42,691 bases of DNA, from NCBI GenBank assembly GCA_016207275.1, contig JACQPY010000017.1:68479-111169 (forward strand), written 5' to 3'. The notes under the pieces are model-generated. The model saw only the letters and a list, made by a program, of their open reading frames with translations, was not told the DNA's origin and did not search any database. Both the position numbers and the translations under genes were made by a program. The stretch is from Candidatus Kerfeldbacteria bacterium. Its GTDB lineage: Bacteria; Patescibacteriota; Patescibacteriia; SBBC01. Shown here in pieces: positions 1 through 10,681 of this stretch; position 1 is the first letter of the stretch, and every line of letters starts with the position of its first letter.

Positions 1-2
1 CC

Positions 3-3000
3 CTGACCTTGACGGGAAACAGCGGAACGACGTTGACGATCAATGGTACCATCTCGGGTAGTGGCAAAGTCATCTACCAGAACTCGGTTACCACCCTGAC
101 CACGGCCGGAACGCTGTCGTCGGCTTTTCGCTTTGATACGGTCAACGGCAGCATGAGCGCGCCGGCCCGAACTTACGGCGGGACAGTCGAAGCAGTCAAT
201 GGCTCTGGCGCTACCCGGACTTTGACGCTTGGCACCGCTGTCTCGCAGACACTGACTTTCTCGTCAAACCTCGACCTGCAGAGCACCAGCGCGGGCAGCA
301 CTCTGACGCTCGCTGGCGATACCAATAACCCGACCATCTCGCTGACCGGCAGCTTTACCAATTCCAATGCGACGGCGGCCACCACCGTCAGCATGGGTTC
401 GGGCGCCTGGACTGTTTCCGGTAATTTTGATTTAACCAATGTCGGGACCTTCAACCACAACAGCGGAAAATTGGTGATGGCCGGGACTGGCACGCTGACC
501 TCGAACGGCAAAACGCTCAACAACGTAGATATTAATTCCAGTGGCACAGTCACGCTGGCCGCCGCCAGTCACACCTTGGCCGGCAACCTCCTGCTCGCGG
601 GGACTGGCACGCCGACGGTCACCGGTTCAACGGTCGTCATGACGGGAACAACGAAAACCATTGATGGCGGCGGTAAAACGCTTAGTAACCTAACGATTTC
701 TGGGGACACCACGCTTCAGAATACTGACTTGACCGTTTCCGGCACGTTGCAAATTGACAGCCTCAAGACCCTAACGATCAATGCCTCGCGTCTGTTGACC
801 CACTCGGGCGCGACCCTGACGCTCAATGGCACCATTGCCGGAGCGGGAACGTACGTCTACCAATCAGCGACCACGTTCCCGACGAGCGGCACGATTTCCT
901 CGCGCCTGCGCATGGATGCCACGAACAATGCCCAGACAATGAGTGCTCGTACCTACGGCGGGCTGGTTGAAGTCTACAATAATAACAGCACGACGGACCG
1001 AACCGTGACCATCGGCACCGGCGCGTCGCAGACGTTGACGTTTTCCAACGCGCTCAACCCGCTGGCCGTCAACAACGGCGACATCACCCTCGACGGCGAC
1101 GCCAATGACCCGACCGTCAATATAACCGGCGACCTTGATTTTACCGGCAGCGGCAACGGCGTGGAAGTCATTGCCGCTGGAGAGGGCACCTGGACGGTCG
1201 GCGGCAACGTTGATTTCACCGGCGGCGTCTACGGCCCGTCGATTTTGGCGGCCACGCCTTCCTGGGACATTACGGCCTACCGTAACCAAGCGTATGATAT
1301 CGGCTGTTTCATCTCCACCAGCTACAATTGCGACGCGGCGGGAGCGACCTCGTTGGACGTCTATCAAACGGATACGTCAAGCACCTGCGATACAGAACCA
1401 GGCAACCTGATCAACTACCGAGCGGGGACGAAGTTTGATCCGAGTTCGATCAGCGATTCAGCCACGGTCATGCGGGTGCAGCTGTTTACCTACGTCGGAA
1501 CCGCGCTCGGCACCACGGCCAACCTCGCTCGATCGACGACGGATAACCTGGAGTCGGTCAGCTGTACGGCGTCAGGCACCAGCAACGTCTGGTCAAAGAT
1601 CGGCGGCTCGGACTACGGCACCGTCGACTGGACCTCGACCGGCCCTAAGCTGACCGACCTGGGAACATCCGGGGTCAGTGACGTTCAGTCCCGATTGACC
1701 GCTGGCAGCTTGCTCTCAGTCGGCGTGAACGTGGGCTCCACCGTGCCGATCGGCAGCTTCAATTCGGTCGATAACTCAACCAGTAAGCCGAAACTGTTCA
1801 TTGCCTACGCGACGGCGACGACGCATACCCTGCTGATGAATGGAACCTCAAAAACCCTGACCAGCGGTGCCAACACGCTCTATAACCTGACCCTGTCCGG
1901 CACGATTACCCTGGCTAATGCTACGCATACCGTCGTTGGCAACCTCGATATGACCAGCGGCACGATCACCCAAGGCACTTCGACCGTGGTCATGAGCGGC
2001 GGAGGAAAAACGCTGACCGGCGCTGGACAGACGTTGAACAACTTGACGATTGATCCGCCAACCGCCGGCACGATTACCCTGGCCGACAGCGGCGTGACCA
2101 ATGACCTGACCGTGGCCGGGACGGTCAATATTGCCAGCGGCGACACCCTGTCAATCGCCAGCAGCGCGCAGCTGCTCCACAGCGGTTCAACCCTGACGCT
2201 CAACGGCACGATTTCCGGTAGCGGCACATACGTCTACCAATCCAGTACGGCTTTTCCGACCGGCGGGACGATTTCTTCCGTCCTGCGCATGGATGCAACG
2301 AATAATGACCAAATACTTTCAGCCCGCACCTACGGCGGGGCCGTTGAGCTGTATAGCAATTCCTCGGCGGCGGCTCGAACCGTTACCGCTGGGACGGCCG
2401 GTTCGCAAACACTGACGTTTTCCAGCGACTTGACGCTCAATGCCGCCAACAGCCAAAACATCACCTTGCAGGGCGCCACCTGGGATCCGACGTTGAACAT
2501 CACCGGCATCTTCGACTTTACCGGCGGCGGTGGCGGTACTGAAGTGGTGACTGCGCCCGATGCGGCCGCGACCTGGACCGTGACTGGCAATGTCGACTTG
2601 GACGGCGGTACCTGGACGGCTGCTTCGGAAACGCTGAAGATGGACGGTACCGCCAACCTCGGCGGGGGCGGGAACACGGTCAAGAATGTAACCATTGATG
2701 GCAACGCCAAAATAGTGACCGTGACCGGAACTGATATCAGTGTTTCGGGACTGCTGACCTTGGGCGGTGCGGCCGACGGCAACAACGACACCCTAACGAT
2801 TGCCAGTGGTCGTCTCGTTACTTTGTCCGCCAACTCCGGAACGTCACTGACGGTTAATGCCAGCGGTACGGATACGATCAATGGTCCAGGAAGATTGACC
2901 TATCAAAATTCAGCCACGACGTTCCCCACCGCCGGCACACTAGCTTCGACTTTGATCACGCGTTTTGACACGGTCAACGGCAACATGACCATTCCGGCTC

Positions 3001-5015
3001 GCACGGATTACAGCGTGATCGAGGCCTACGGCAGTAGTGCCAATGCCCGGACTGTCGCCTTAGGAACTGCGGCGTCGCAAACCATCACTACCAGTAGCCA
3101 TTTCTACGTCGTCGCCGATGCCGCTTCGCCGAACGACGTGACTGTCAGCGCCACTACGAATAATCCGACGATCAACGTCGGCGGCGATCTCGATTTTACC
3201 GGCACCGGCACTGCCAGCGAAATCATCCAGTCCGGCACTGGTACCTGGACAGTCTCGGGCAATGTTGACTTTACGTCTGGAACATACACCGCCACCAGCG
3301 GCAATACCCTGGTTATGAATGGCACCACGAAGACCTTGACCAGCGCCGCGCAAACGCTGCAGAACGTCACGCTCTCGGGCACGATCACCCTGGCTAACGC
3401 CACGCACACCGTGGCCGGCAACCTCAGCCTAGCTGGCGGCACGATCACGGCTGGCACCTCAACCGTGACCTTGACCGGCACTGCCAATTCCCTGACCGGC
3501 GGCGGGAATACGTTGAATAATTTGACCATTGATCCATCGTCAGCCGGAACGATTACTTTGCAAACTTCGGACGTCACGGTGTCCGGCACCCTGACCGTGG
3601 AAACCGGCGACACGCTGAGTTTAAGTGCGGGACGTTTGCTAACCCACTCGGGCGCCACGCTGACGCTCAACGGCACGATTGCTGGATCGGGAACCTTGGT
3701 GATACCTGATACGTCTGGCGGACCGGGCACGACCGGAACGCTGAGTTCTGGCGTGCGGTTTGACGCGACGAATGCGAACATTGCGGCGACGACGCTAGAC
3801 GCGCGGACGTACGGCGGGGCAGTTGAATTGTACAGCAACGCGGCTGGCAGCCCGGCGCGAACGATTACCTTCCCGACCGGCACCTTTACCTTCTCGTCAA
3901 CCGTGACCACCAATCGGGCTAATACCGGCACCATCACCGTGGACGCCGACACCAACGACCCGGCCGTGACCGTTGCTGGTACGCTGACCATCGGGGCGAG
4001 CACGACGCTGTCAGCCTCTTCGGCCAGCGCCTTCAACGTCAACGGCAACTACACCAACAACGGCACGTTCACGGACAACCTCGGGACCGTCACGCTAGCA
4101 GGCTCGGCACAACAAACGTTGTCCGGCACAATGACCGGTTTGTCCGACTTCAATAACCTGACCCTAACGAACAATTCCGGCACTGATGCTGACAGTTCGC
4201 CGTCGGTGATTTTGGCCGCGGCCGCCGACGTCGCCGGCACGGCGACGATCGCCACGGCCAACGTCAAAGTTCGATTCAACGCCGGTTCGACCTACGCCTG
4301 GACCGCGATTAACCTTAATGGACAGGCGACCACGACGCGCGTCAAATTCCGGAGTTCAACCGGCGGCACGCAATTTAACTTTAACGCCGGCGCCGGCGCG
4401 CGCACGGTGTCAAACACCGAGGTCAAAGATTCGAACGCCTGCGGCTCGAGCGGCGGGTCAATCGACGCCAGTGACGGCACGAACTTCGATGCCGGCAACA
4501 CCTCGTGCTGGACGATTCATACCATTTCATTTTCCGTGTCGGATAATGCTGTCGGCTTTGGCAGCCTCTCGACCTCGACTGGACGATGGGCCACCGGCGA
4601 CGCCTTGGGGACCAATGCTTCAGCCGGCTCAACCCCGACGGCCGCCCATACCTTGAGTGTGGCGACCAGCGGCACCAGCGGCTACGCCGTGACTTACCTC
4701 GGGGCCTTGCTGTCGAGCGGCGCGAACACGATTAGCGCGGCGACGATCACGAGTGACAGCGATGGTGCTCCCGGCACCGAACAATTCGGCGTCTCGGCGA
4801 GCACTGATGGCAATGCGACAATTGCCAGTGGCTACGCCCGCGGAGCAAACTCGTCGTGGAACTTCGTGCCGGACGCCACCACGACGTTGGTTTCGGAGAG
4901 CGTGTCCACGACCACGGAAACTGTCAGTGTCAGTTACCTTGGTAACATCACCGGAACGACCGAGGCTGGTAGTTACTCGACCGTCATTACCTACATCATG
5001 ACGGCGACGTATTGA
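3..5015 (+). CDS. Giant Thr/Gly/Ser-rich surface protein (5'-partial): ~270-aa beta-solenoid-like repeats, inserted DNRLRE-like domain, C-terminal WxL-like domain
   Basis: Frame is open from the window edge. Motifs ARTYGG.VE, SQTLTFSS, GTWTV.GNVDF and HSGATLTLNGTI recur about five times. The last ~165 aa closely match the C-terminus of the next gene. Confidence 0.85.
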   Translation: MTLTGNSGTTLTINGTISGSGKVIYQNSVTTLTTAGTLSSAFRFDTVNGSMSAPARTYGGTVEAVNGSGATRTLTLGTAVSQTLTFSSNLDLQSTSAGSTLTLAGDTNNPTISLTGSFTNSNATAATTVSMGSGAWTVSGNFDLTNVGTFNHNSGKLVMAGTGTLTSNGKTLNNVDINSSGTVTLAAASHTLAGNLLLAGTGTPTVTGSTVVMTGTTKTIDGGGKTLSNLTISGDTTLQNTDLTVSGTLQIDSLKTLTINASRLLTHSGATLTLNGTIAGAGTYVYQSATTFPTSGTISSRLRMDATNNAQTMSARTYGGLVEVYNNNSTTDRTVTIGTGASQTLTFSNALNPLAVNNGDITLDGDANDPTVNITGDLDFTGSGNGVEVIAAGEGTWTVGGNVDFTGGVYGPSILAATPSWDITAYRNQAYDIGCFISTSYNCDAAGATSLDVYQTDTSSTCDTEPGNLINYRAGTKFDPSSISDSATVMRVQLFTYVGTALGTTANLARSTTDNLESVSCTASGTSNVWSKIGGSDYGTVDWTSTGPKLTDLGTSGVSDVQSRLTAGSLLSVGVNVGSTVPIGSFNSVDNSTSKPKLFIAYATATTHTLLMNGTSKTLTSGANTLYNLTLSGTITLANATHTVVGNLDMTSGTITQGTSTVVMSGGGKTLTGAGQTLNNLTIDPPTAGTITLADSGVTNDLTVAGTVNIASGDTLSIASSAQLLHSGSTLTLNGTISGSGTYVYQSSTAFPTGGTISSVLRMDATNNDQILSARTYGGAVELYSNSSAAARTVTAGTAGSQTLTFSSDLTLNAANSQNITLQGATWDPTLNITGIFDFTGGGGGTEVVTAPDAAATWTVTGNVDLDGGTWTAASETLKMDGTANLGGGGNTVKNVTIDGNAKIVTVTGTDISVSGLLTLGGAADGNNDTLTIASGRLVTLSANSGTSLTVNASGTDTINGPGRLTYQNSATTFPTAGTLASTLITRFDTVNGNMTIPARTDYSVIEAYGSSANARTVALGTAASQTITTSSHFYVVADAASPNDVTVSATTNNPTINVGGDLDFTGTGTASEIIQSGTGTWTVSGNVDFTSGTYTATSGNTLVMNGTTKTLTSAAQTLQNVTLSGTITLANATHTVAGNLSLAGGTITAGTSTVTLTGTANSLTGGGNTLNNLTIDPSSAGTITLQTSDVTVSGTLTVETGDTLSLSAGRLLTHSGATLTLNGTIAGSGTLVIPDTSGGPGTTGTLSSGVRFDATNANIAATTLDARTYGGAVELYSNAAGSPARTITFPTGTFTFSSTVTTNRANTGTITVDADTNDPAVTVAGTLTIGASTTLSASSASAFNVNGNYTNNGTFTDNLGTVTLAGSAQQTLSGTMTGLSDFNNLTLTNNSGTDADSSPSVILAAAADVAGTATIATANVKVRFNAGSTYAWTAINLNGQATTTRVKFRSSTGGTQFNFNAGAGARTVSNTEVKDSNACGSSGGSIDASDGTNFDAGNTSCWTIHTISFSVSDNAVGFGSLSTSTGRWATGDALGTNASAGSTPTAAHTLSVATSGTSGYAVTYLGALLSSGANTISAATITSDSDGAPGTEQFGVSASTDGNATIASGYARGANSSWNFVPDATTTLVSESVSTTTETVSVSYLGNITGTTEAGSYSTVITYIMTATY

Positions 5016-5022
5016 CGAACCT

Positions 5023-5051
5023 TTGACGAGAAAGCAAACTTGTGGTATATT
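5023..5051 (+). promoter_or_regulatory. sigma70-type promoter
   Basis: TTGACG-N17-TATATT with extended TG, in an AT-rich gap. Confidence 0.6.
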
Positions 5052-5143
5052 TAATGATGCGAACAAAAATAAAGATACGTAAAAACCAATAAAGCGTGAC
5101 TTTTCCTAAAAAATTGGCGCCTTTCTCCATCAATCGACGAAGG

Positions 5144-6241
5144 ATGAGGATTATCCACAGGGGCCTGGCCGTGTTGGTGGTTATGGCCGTGTTGGTGTTC
5201 ATGAATGCTCCGGTGCCGACTGCTCAAGCCGCCGCGGTCACCAGCCTGCGAGATACACTTTCGCGTTTAAAGGCCAGTACAGCCGCGAACCACACGATTG
5301 AGTTGGTGACGCCGACCGGCGTTGAGGCTTCGACCGATACGATCACCTTGACCTTCGCCTCGGGCTGGACGCTGGCTGCTGAAGCAGCCGTCAACTTTGA
5401 CTTGGCGGTGGGGGACAGCGGTACCTGTTCGACGGCGACCTTTACTGACAAGACGTTGGCCTTGACCGCGGCGGCTGCAACCTGGGGTGTCGATGTGACC
5501 GGCCAGGTCATCACCTTTACCGCTCCGACCGATGCCGCCTCGGGCGAAATTACCGCCGGCCGATGCGTCCAAATCCAAGCCGGTTCAAACGCGACTACCG
5601 GCGGAACGGGATCAGCCTCAACCATCACGAACCCCACCGCCGGGCAGACGACGATGACCATCGGCGGCACCTTCGGCGATTCGGGCACCCTGGCCGTTCG
5701 AATTATTGCCGATGAACAAGTCAGCGTGACCGCGACCGTTGATCCGACACTGACCTTCACGGTTGACGACAACGCCATCGGCTTTGGTTCACTTTCAGCT
5801 TCAACCGGACGTTGGGCGACGGGCGATACAACTGGTGGCAATGCTTCGGCCGGCTCGACGCCGACCGCGGCCCACACCATGACCGTGGCCACCAACGCCC
5901 AGAGCGGTTACGCCATCACCTATAACGGCGCCACCCTGACCAGCGGGGCGAATACCGTGACCGTCGCCACGATTTCCAGCGACAGCGACGGCACGCCCGG
6001 CGGCGAACAGTTTGCCCTTTCCGCCAGTACGAGTGGTGACGCGACGATTGCTTCGGGCTATGCCCGCGGCGCCAATAGCTCCTGGAACTTCGTGGCTAGC
6101 ACGACCACCACCCTGGTCTCAGAAACGGGCGAGACTGATACCGAGACGATCAGCGTTAGCTACCTCGGCAACATCAGCACTATCACCGAGGCGGGCAGCT
6201 ACACAACGACGATTACCTACATCGCGACGGCGGTCTTTTAA
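5144..6241 (+). CDS. Secreted surface protein with C-terminal WxL-like domain
   Basis: Signal peptide ending AQA-A; ends EAGSYTTTITYIATAVF; ATG 5144 preferred over GTG 5096. Confidence 0.8.
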   Translation: MRIIHRGLAVLVVMAVLVFMNAPVPTAQAAAVTSLRDTLSRLKASTAANHTIELVTPTGVEASTDTITLTFASGWTLAAEAAVNFDLAVGDSGTCSTATFTDKTLALTAAAATWGVDVTGQVITFTAPTDAASGEITAGRCVQIQAGSNATTGGTGSASTITNPTAGQTTMTIGGTFGDSGTLAVRIIADEQVSVTATVDPTLTFTVDDNAIGFGSLSASTGRWATGDTTGGNASAGSTPTAAHTMTVATNAQSGYAITYNGATLTSGANTVTVATISSDSDGTPGGEQFALSASTSGDATIASGYARGANSSWNFVASTTTTLVSETGETDTETISVSYLGNISTITEAGSYTTTITYIATAVF

Positions 6242-6268
6242 TCGGTTTGAACCGGAGAGGGGTTGTTC

Positions 6269-7279
6269 ATGAACCGCGGACGAATACTGACACTGGCACT
6301 GAGCCTGTCGTTGGTGGCGCTACTGGCGGCCCAGCGGAGTGAGGCTTTAACCATCTCACCGCCGACCTTTGAAGTTATGGCTAAGCCGGGCGAGTCAAAA
6401 TCACTCAGCATCCGAGTGATTAACGATCAATCGACGCTCGTCACCCTTTTTACGTCGACGGCAAACTTCAAGGCCCAGGGTGAAACCGGGCAGCCGGATT
6501 TTTTGTTTGACGTCGAAACCATTGACCTGGCCTCGTGGATTAAGCCGGGAAAAACTTCCTTCACCCTCGAGCCGGGAGATTCAACGTTCGTGCCGTTCAC
6601 CATTGACGTTCCGGCTCAGGCTGAACCGGGTGGCCACTACGCCGGCTTATTTTTTGGCACCGGCGCGCCGGCGGCCGACGGCGGCCAGGTGGGAATTGAA
6701 TCGAAGCTCGGGGCGCTGATCATTCTCAGCGTTGAGGGCAACATTCGCGAGTCGGCGGCCGTCAAAGAGTTCGACACCAGCCCGGATAGGCGCAACCACC
6801 TGCCGGTTCCTTTCGTCCTGCGGATCGAGAACATTGGGAACGTCCACTTCCGTCCGGCCGGATTCGTGACGATCCGAAACATGTTTGGCGGCGTGTCGAC
6901 CACCATCCCCGTTAATCCAAAAGAAGGCGCTGTTTTACCAGCCAGCATCCGTCGGTTCGACCTGCTGTGGCAGCGGCTTGATAGCCAGGACAATGGCGGC
7001 AGCTTCTTTCGAGAGCTTGCCGATGAATGGAAAAATTTTGGTCTCGGCTCGTATACTGCCGAGGCGGTCGTTACGTACGGCCAGAATGATCGAGTCATCA
7101 CCGCCACCACAAAGTTCACCGTCTTTCCCTGGCGCCTCTTCTTGCTGATCGCCGTCATCGTGGTCGTCCTCATATGGCTGCTGGTCAAAGGAATCAAGAG
7201 CTACAACGCCATGATCGTTCGTCGGGCTGAAGCAGGTGGCCCCCGTCCGCCCGGCCGCGGTGCTAAACCGACGGCCTAG
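6269..7279 (+). CDS. DUF916/DUF3324-like (WxL-interacting, chaperone-like) membrane-anchored protein
   Basis: Signal peptide, ISPP..E...KPG, PGGHYAGLFF and ENIGNVHFRP motifs, C-terminal TM helix; lies next to the WxL-like genes; GGAGAGG RBS. Confidence 0.7.
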   Translation: MNRGRILTLALSLSLVALLAAQRSEALTISPPTFEVMAKPGESKSLSIRVINDQSTLVTLFTSTANFKAQGETGQPDFLFDVETIDLASWIKPGKTSFTLEPGDSTFVPFTIDVPAQAEPGGHYAGLFFGTGAPAADGGQVGIESKLGALIILSVEGNIRESAAVKEFDTSPDRRNHLPVPFVLRIENIGNVHFRPAGFVTIRNMFGGVSTTIPVNPKEGAVLPASIRRFDLLWQRLDSQDNGGSFFRELADEWKNFGLGSYTAEAVVTYGQNDRVITATTKFTVFPWRLFLLIAVIVVVLIWLLVKGIKSYNAMIVRRAEAGGPRPPGRGAKPTA

Positions 7280-7282
7280 TCG

Positions 7283-8137
7283 ATGGCCATGGCCGTGCGC
7301 CGGCGCGGGCGGATCCTCCTCTCGGTGGCGCTCGGCGCCTTGGTCTTCGGTGTTCAGGCGGCCCAGGCCGTTGAGGTTAGCGTCTCGGCGGGCGTCATCG
7401 GCACGACCCCACCCGGACCGCAGAATCCGGTGGTTGAGTTTCGAGGTTTAGCGGCGCCGCGGGCGGCCCTGACCGTAACGCGAAACAGCAGTACGGTTGG
7501 CCAGACGACCGCCGATGACGCCGCCAGCTTTGCGGTGACGGCGAGCGATCAGTCAGCTGGCCAGTATGAGTTTGTGGTCGCTGGCAAAGATGGTGACGGC
7601 CGAGTTTTAACGTCAGTCAGCTTCACCCTCAACCTTACCGCCGGTACCACGACGATCGTGACCGGGGTTTTCCTCGGCCCGTCGATTGCCCTCGACAAAA
7701 CAACCGTGACCACGAGCGAGTCAGTCTCAGCCAGTGGGGCCACGGCCCCGGGCAGCAGCGTCACCGTTACGGTTACCTCAGAGCCGAAAACCTATACCGC
7801 GCTGGCCGACAGCAATGGCCGCTGGCAGGTTACCATCAAGGGCGCCGACGTTGGCGAGGGTTCGCACAATGTAAAAGCCAGGGCGATTGCCAACGGTGTA
7901 ACCGCCTCAGCCTTTAGCGCTTCAGTGAGTTTTTCGGTTTCCGCCGAACCGACGCCAGCACCTTCATATAAACCGTCAGACATCAACCAGGATACCAAGG
8001 TTAACTTGATTGATTTTAGCATCATGCTCTTCTACTGGCAGCAGCGGAATCCCGCTAACCCGCGAGTTGACCTTAACGGTGACGGCATCGTCAACATCGT
8101 TGATTTTAGCATTCTCCTCTACGAATGGACCGGTTAG
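7283..8137 (+). CDS. Secreted Ig-like protein with C-terminal dockerin domain
   Basis: Duplicated Ca-binding repeats DINQDTKVNLIDFSIML / DLNGDGIVNIVDFSILL; signal peptide; no TM anchor. Confidence 0.85.
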   Translation: MAMAVRRRGRILLSVALGALVFGVQAAQAVEVSVSAGVIGTTPPGPQNPVVEFRGLAAPRAALTVTRNSSTVGQTTADDAASFAVTASDQSAGQYEFVVAGKDGDGRVLTSVSFTLNLTAGTTTIVTGVFLGPSIALDKTTVTTSESVSASGATAPGSSVTVTVTSEPKTYTALADSNGRWQVTIKGADVGEGSHNVKARAIANGVTASAFSASVSFSVSAEPTPAPSYKPSDINQDTKVNLIDFSIMLFYWQQRNPANPRVDLNGDGIVNIVDFSILLYEWTG

Positions 8138-9243
8138 GAAGAATCATTATCGTCGCCGTTATCGCGCTAACCGCCTCGGCTTCACGGGCGGCTGAGTCGG
8201 GAACCGTGACCTTGCTTGGTCCGGTGACCTCGCCTCGCGTTGGCGAGGAAGCCGCCATTGAAGTGCGGTTGACGTCGGCCGGACAAGCCATCAATGCCGC
8301 GGAACTCAAGCTGCGGTACCCGAGCGCGGCCCTCGAGGTAACCCGGATTGCCCGGGAGCAATCCTTGTTTACGCTCTGGCCAGAGGCGCCGGCCTGGGAT
8401 GCGAGCAAGGGAATAATTACCCTGGTTGGCGGTAAGCCAGGAGGCACGATCGCCATTAACGCCGCGGTGGCGACGATCTACGTCAAGGTGCTGGCGACGG
8501 GTACGCACACGGTTGAACTCGACCCAACGTCAGTGGCCTTTCTTAATGATGGCGCGCCATCGCAATTGACGCTCCAGAGTGCCCCGCTGCGGCTGGTCAC
8601 CAGCGATCCCTTACTCCAGCCGTTCCAGCTCGGCCCGGCGACGACGCCGACCCCCGGCACCTGGTCGACCGCCCGTTCGATTGCGGTCAGCTGGCCGCGG
8701 CAAGCGGACACGCTCTACAGTTATCAACTGCGGACCGACATTCAATCGATCGCTGACGACATTCCCGAGACAACCGACGGGACCGCCACGTTCGAGGACC
8801 TGACTGACGGAATCTATTATTTCACCTTACGGTACAAGACGAGTTCTGGCCTGTGGTCACCGCCGTTCCAGTGGCGTTTCATGCTCGATGCGACGCCGCC
8901 CGAACCTTTCACGCTCGAAGTGGCTCAGCCAGATTCGAAGCAGTTGACGAAGCTGCTCGCCTGGAATGCCTACGACATGACCGCCGGCGTGGTTGAATCA
9001 ATTTTGACAATCGGCCGGACGCGGCTTGGCCCGGTCACGAGTCCGCTGCCAATCCAATCATTATGGCTCGGTACAACCGTTACCGTGACGGTAGTTGACG
9101 CGGCTGGAAATACCCGGACCGTGGGCCTGACCCTGGGGACGACGTTGGGTCGATCAGGGTTGATACCATGGTTGGCCGTTGGGGCCGCGGTCCTGGTTGG
9201 GGCGCTGGCCGTGGCCATGATTCGCGCCCGTCAGCGCGCCTAG
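8125..9243 (+). CDS. Cohesin-domain membrane-anchored protein
   Basis: VGE...IEVRL...GQAINAAELKLRYP...LEV cohesin-like pattern, D.TPP linker, C-terminal TM helix. Confidence 0.7.
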   Translation: MDRLGRIIIVAVIALTASASRAAESGTVTLLGPVTSPRVGEEAAIEVRLTSAGQAINAAELKLRYPSAALEVTRIAREQSLFTLWPEAPAWDASKGIITLVGGKPGGTIAINAAVATIYVKVLATGTHTVELDPTSVAFLNDGAPSQLTLQSAPLRLVTSDPLLQPFQLGPATTPTPGTWSTARSIAVSWPRQADTLYSYQLRTDIQSIADDIPETTDGTATFEDLTDGIYYFTLRYKTSSGLWSPPFQWRFMLDATPPEPFTLEVAQPDSKQLTKLLAWNAYDMTAGVVESILTIGRTRLGPVTSPLPIQSLWLGTTVTVTVVDAAGNTRTVGLTLGTTLGRSGLIPWLAVGAAVLVGALAVAMIRARQRA

Positions 9244-9262
9244 CGTGCTATACTGGCCGTGT

Positions 9263-10681
9263 ATGCAGCAGCCGCAGCAAGTTGTCCGGTGGCTCGTCTG
9301 GTTGGGCGCGGTGACGGTGGCCGCTGGCTGGCTGACCGCGGGCGCGCCGCTCGCCTTAGCCGCCGGCGCCAGCTTGAAGATTTCACCGGGCAGCGGAACC
9401 TACGAAGTCGGCGGGCTGATCGACGTCGCCTTTGTCTTGGATACCGGCGGCGAAGCAGTCAACGCGGTCAAAGCCGATATTGTTTTTCCGGCGGACAAGC
9501 TGCAAATCGTCAATCCGGCGGCCAGCACGTCGTTTATCTCGGTCTGGCTGACCGCGCCGACGTTTTCGAACGCCGACGGCACCCTCAACTTCCAAGGCGG
9601 CCTGCCCAACCCCGGCATCAATACCAGCTCGGGCTTCATCAGCACGGTCACCTTCCGCGTCAAATCAGCGGGCAAGGCCGTGGTTCGCTACTTGCCGAGT
9701 TCGTTGGTGCTCCGTAACGATCCTGATGGCACGAACATCCTGACCTCGTCGGGGACGGCCGAGTTCACGCTCAAAACGCCACCGCCCGCCGGTCCGGTGG
9801 TCTCGAGCCCAACCCACGGCGATCCCAACCAGTGGTACAACATTCCCCAGGCTCAGTTCAGCTGGGAACCGGTTGACGGCGCCGTCGGTTACAGTTACGC
9901 CTTTGACCAGGCCGCCAAGCAAGCTCCCGATACGACCGTTGACACGACCGCGACCTCGGCCACGGTTGAAGCGACTGCCGACGGCGTCTGGTACTTCCAT
10001 GTCCGGGCGTTCACCACGGCCTGGGGCGGGGCGACTACCTTTCCGGTCCAGATTGACCGGACACCGCCCGCTTCGTTTACGCCGAAGCTCGACAGCGACC
10101 TCCTGACCACCGAAGAATCAGGCACGGTGCGGTTCATTACGACCGACGGGGCTTCGGGTTTGGACCACTACGAGGTCAAGCAAGTGGCTCGGGCGGGCAG
10201 CAGCGCGCCGGGTAACACCTTGTTCGTCGAAATCACGAGCCCATACGTCACGCCCAAGCTCCCTGACGGCGAGTACGAGTTTATTGTCCGGGCTTTTGAC
10301 CGAGCCGGCAACGTGACCGAGGGCTCGGCCGTACTGACGATCGTGGCCGGCGGCATCCCGTTCTACGCCCGGGTGCCGTTTTTACGCAACCCCGCGGTCG
10401 CCAACACCGTCTTCATCGTGTTGGGCGCGTTGGTCGTCTTGAGCCTTGGTTATTGGATCTATCGGCGACTGCGTCTCCGGGCCACGTTTCAGCATGACCT
10501 GCTGGCCCTGGAACGAGACGCGCAGAAAAAAGCCCGTGCCTTACAGCAAGAGTTGTCCGAGCTGCACCAAGCCGAACAGTACTTCCACGACGAACTGAAG
10601 TCGCCGCCACCGTCGTTCATTCCGCCGGCCTCGCCACCAGGACCGCCACCATCATCAACTTCACCGGGCCCGCGTCCATGA
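9263..10681 (+). CDS. Cohesin-domain membrane-anchored protein with coiled-coil/Pro-rich cytoplasmic tail
   Basis: LKISPGSGTYEVG...VNAVKADIVFPADKLQI, GGLPNPG, D.AGN Ig-like domains, TM helix. Confidence 0.8.
   Translation: MQQPQQVVRWLVWLGAVTVAAGWLTAGAPLALAAGASLKISPGSGTYEVGGLIDVAFVLDTGGEAVNAVKADIVFPADKLQIVNPAASTSFISVWLTAPTFSNADGTLNFQGGLPNPGINTSSGFISTVTFRVKSAGKAVVRYLPSSLVLRNDPDGTNILTSSGTAEFTLKTPPPAGPVVSSPTHGDPNQWYNIPQAQFSWEPVDGAVGYSYAFDQAAKQAPDTTVDTTATSATVEATADGVWYFHVRAFTTAWGGATTFPVQIDRTPPASFTPKLDSDLLTTEESGTVRFITTDGASGLDHYEVKQVARAGSSAPGNTLFVEITSPYVTPKLPDGEYEFIVRAFDRAGNVTEGSAVLTIVAGGIPFYARVPFLRNPAVANTVFIVLGALVVLSLGYWIYRRLRLRATFQHDLLALERDAQKKARALQQELSELHQAEQYFHDELKSPPPSFIPPASPPGPPPSSTSPGPRP

Noticed and set aside
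173-5895. Many long minus-strand ORFs opposite the surface proteins
   Set aside because: Shadow frames produced by biased Thr/Gly/Ala codon usage.
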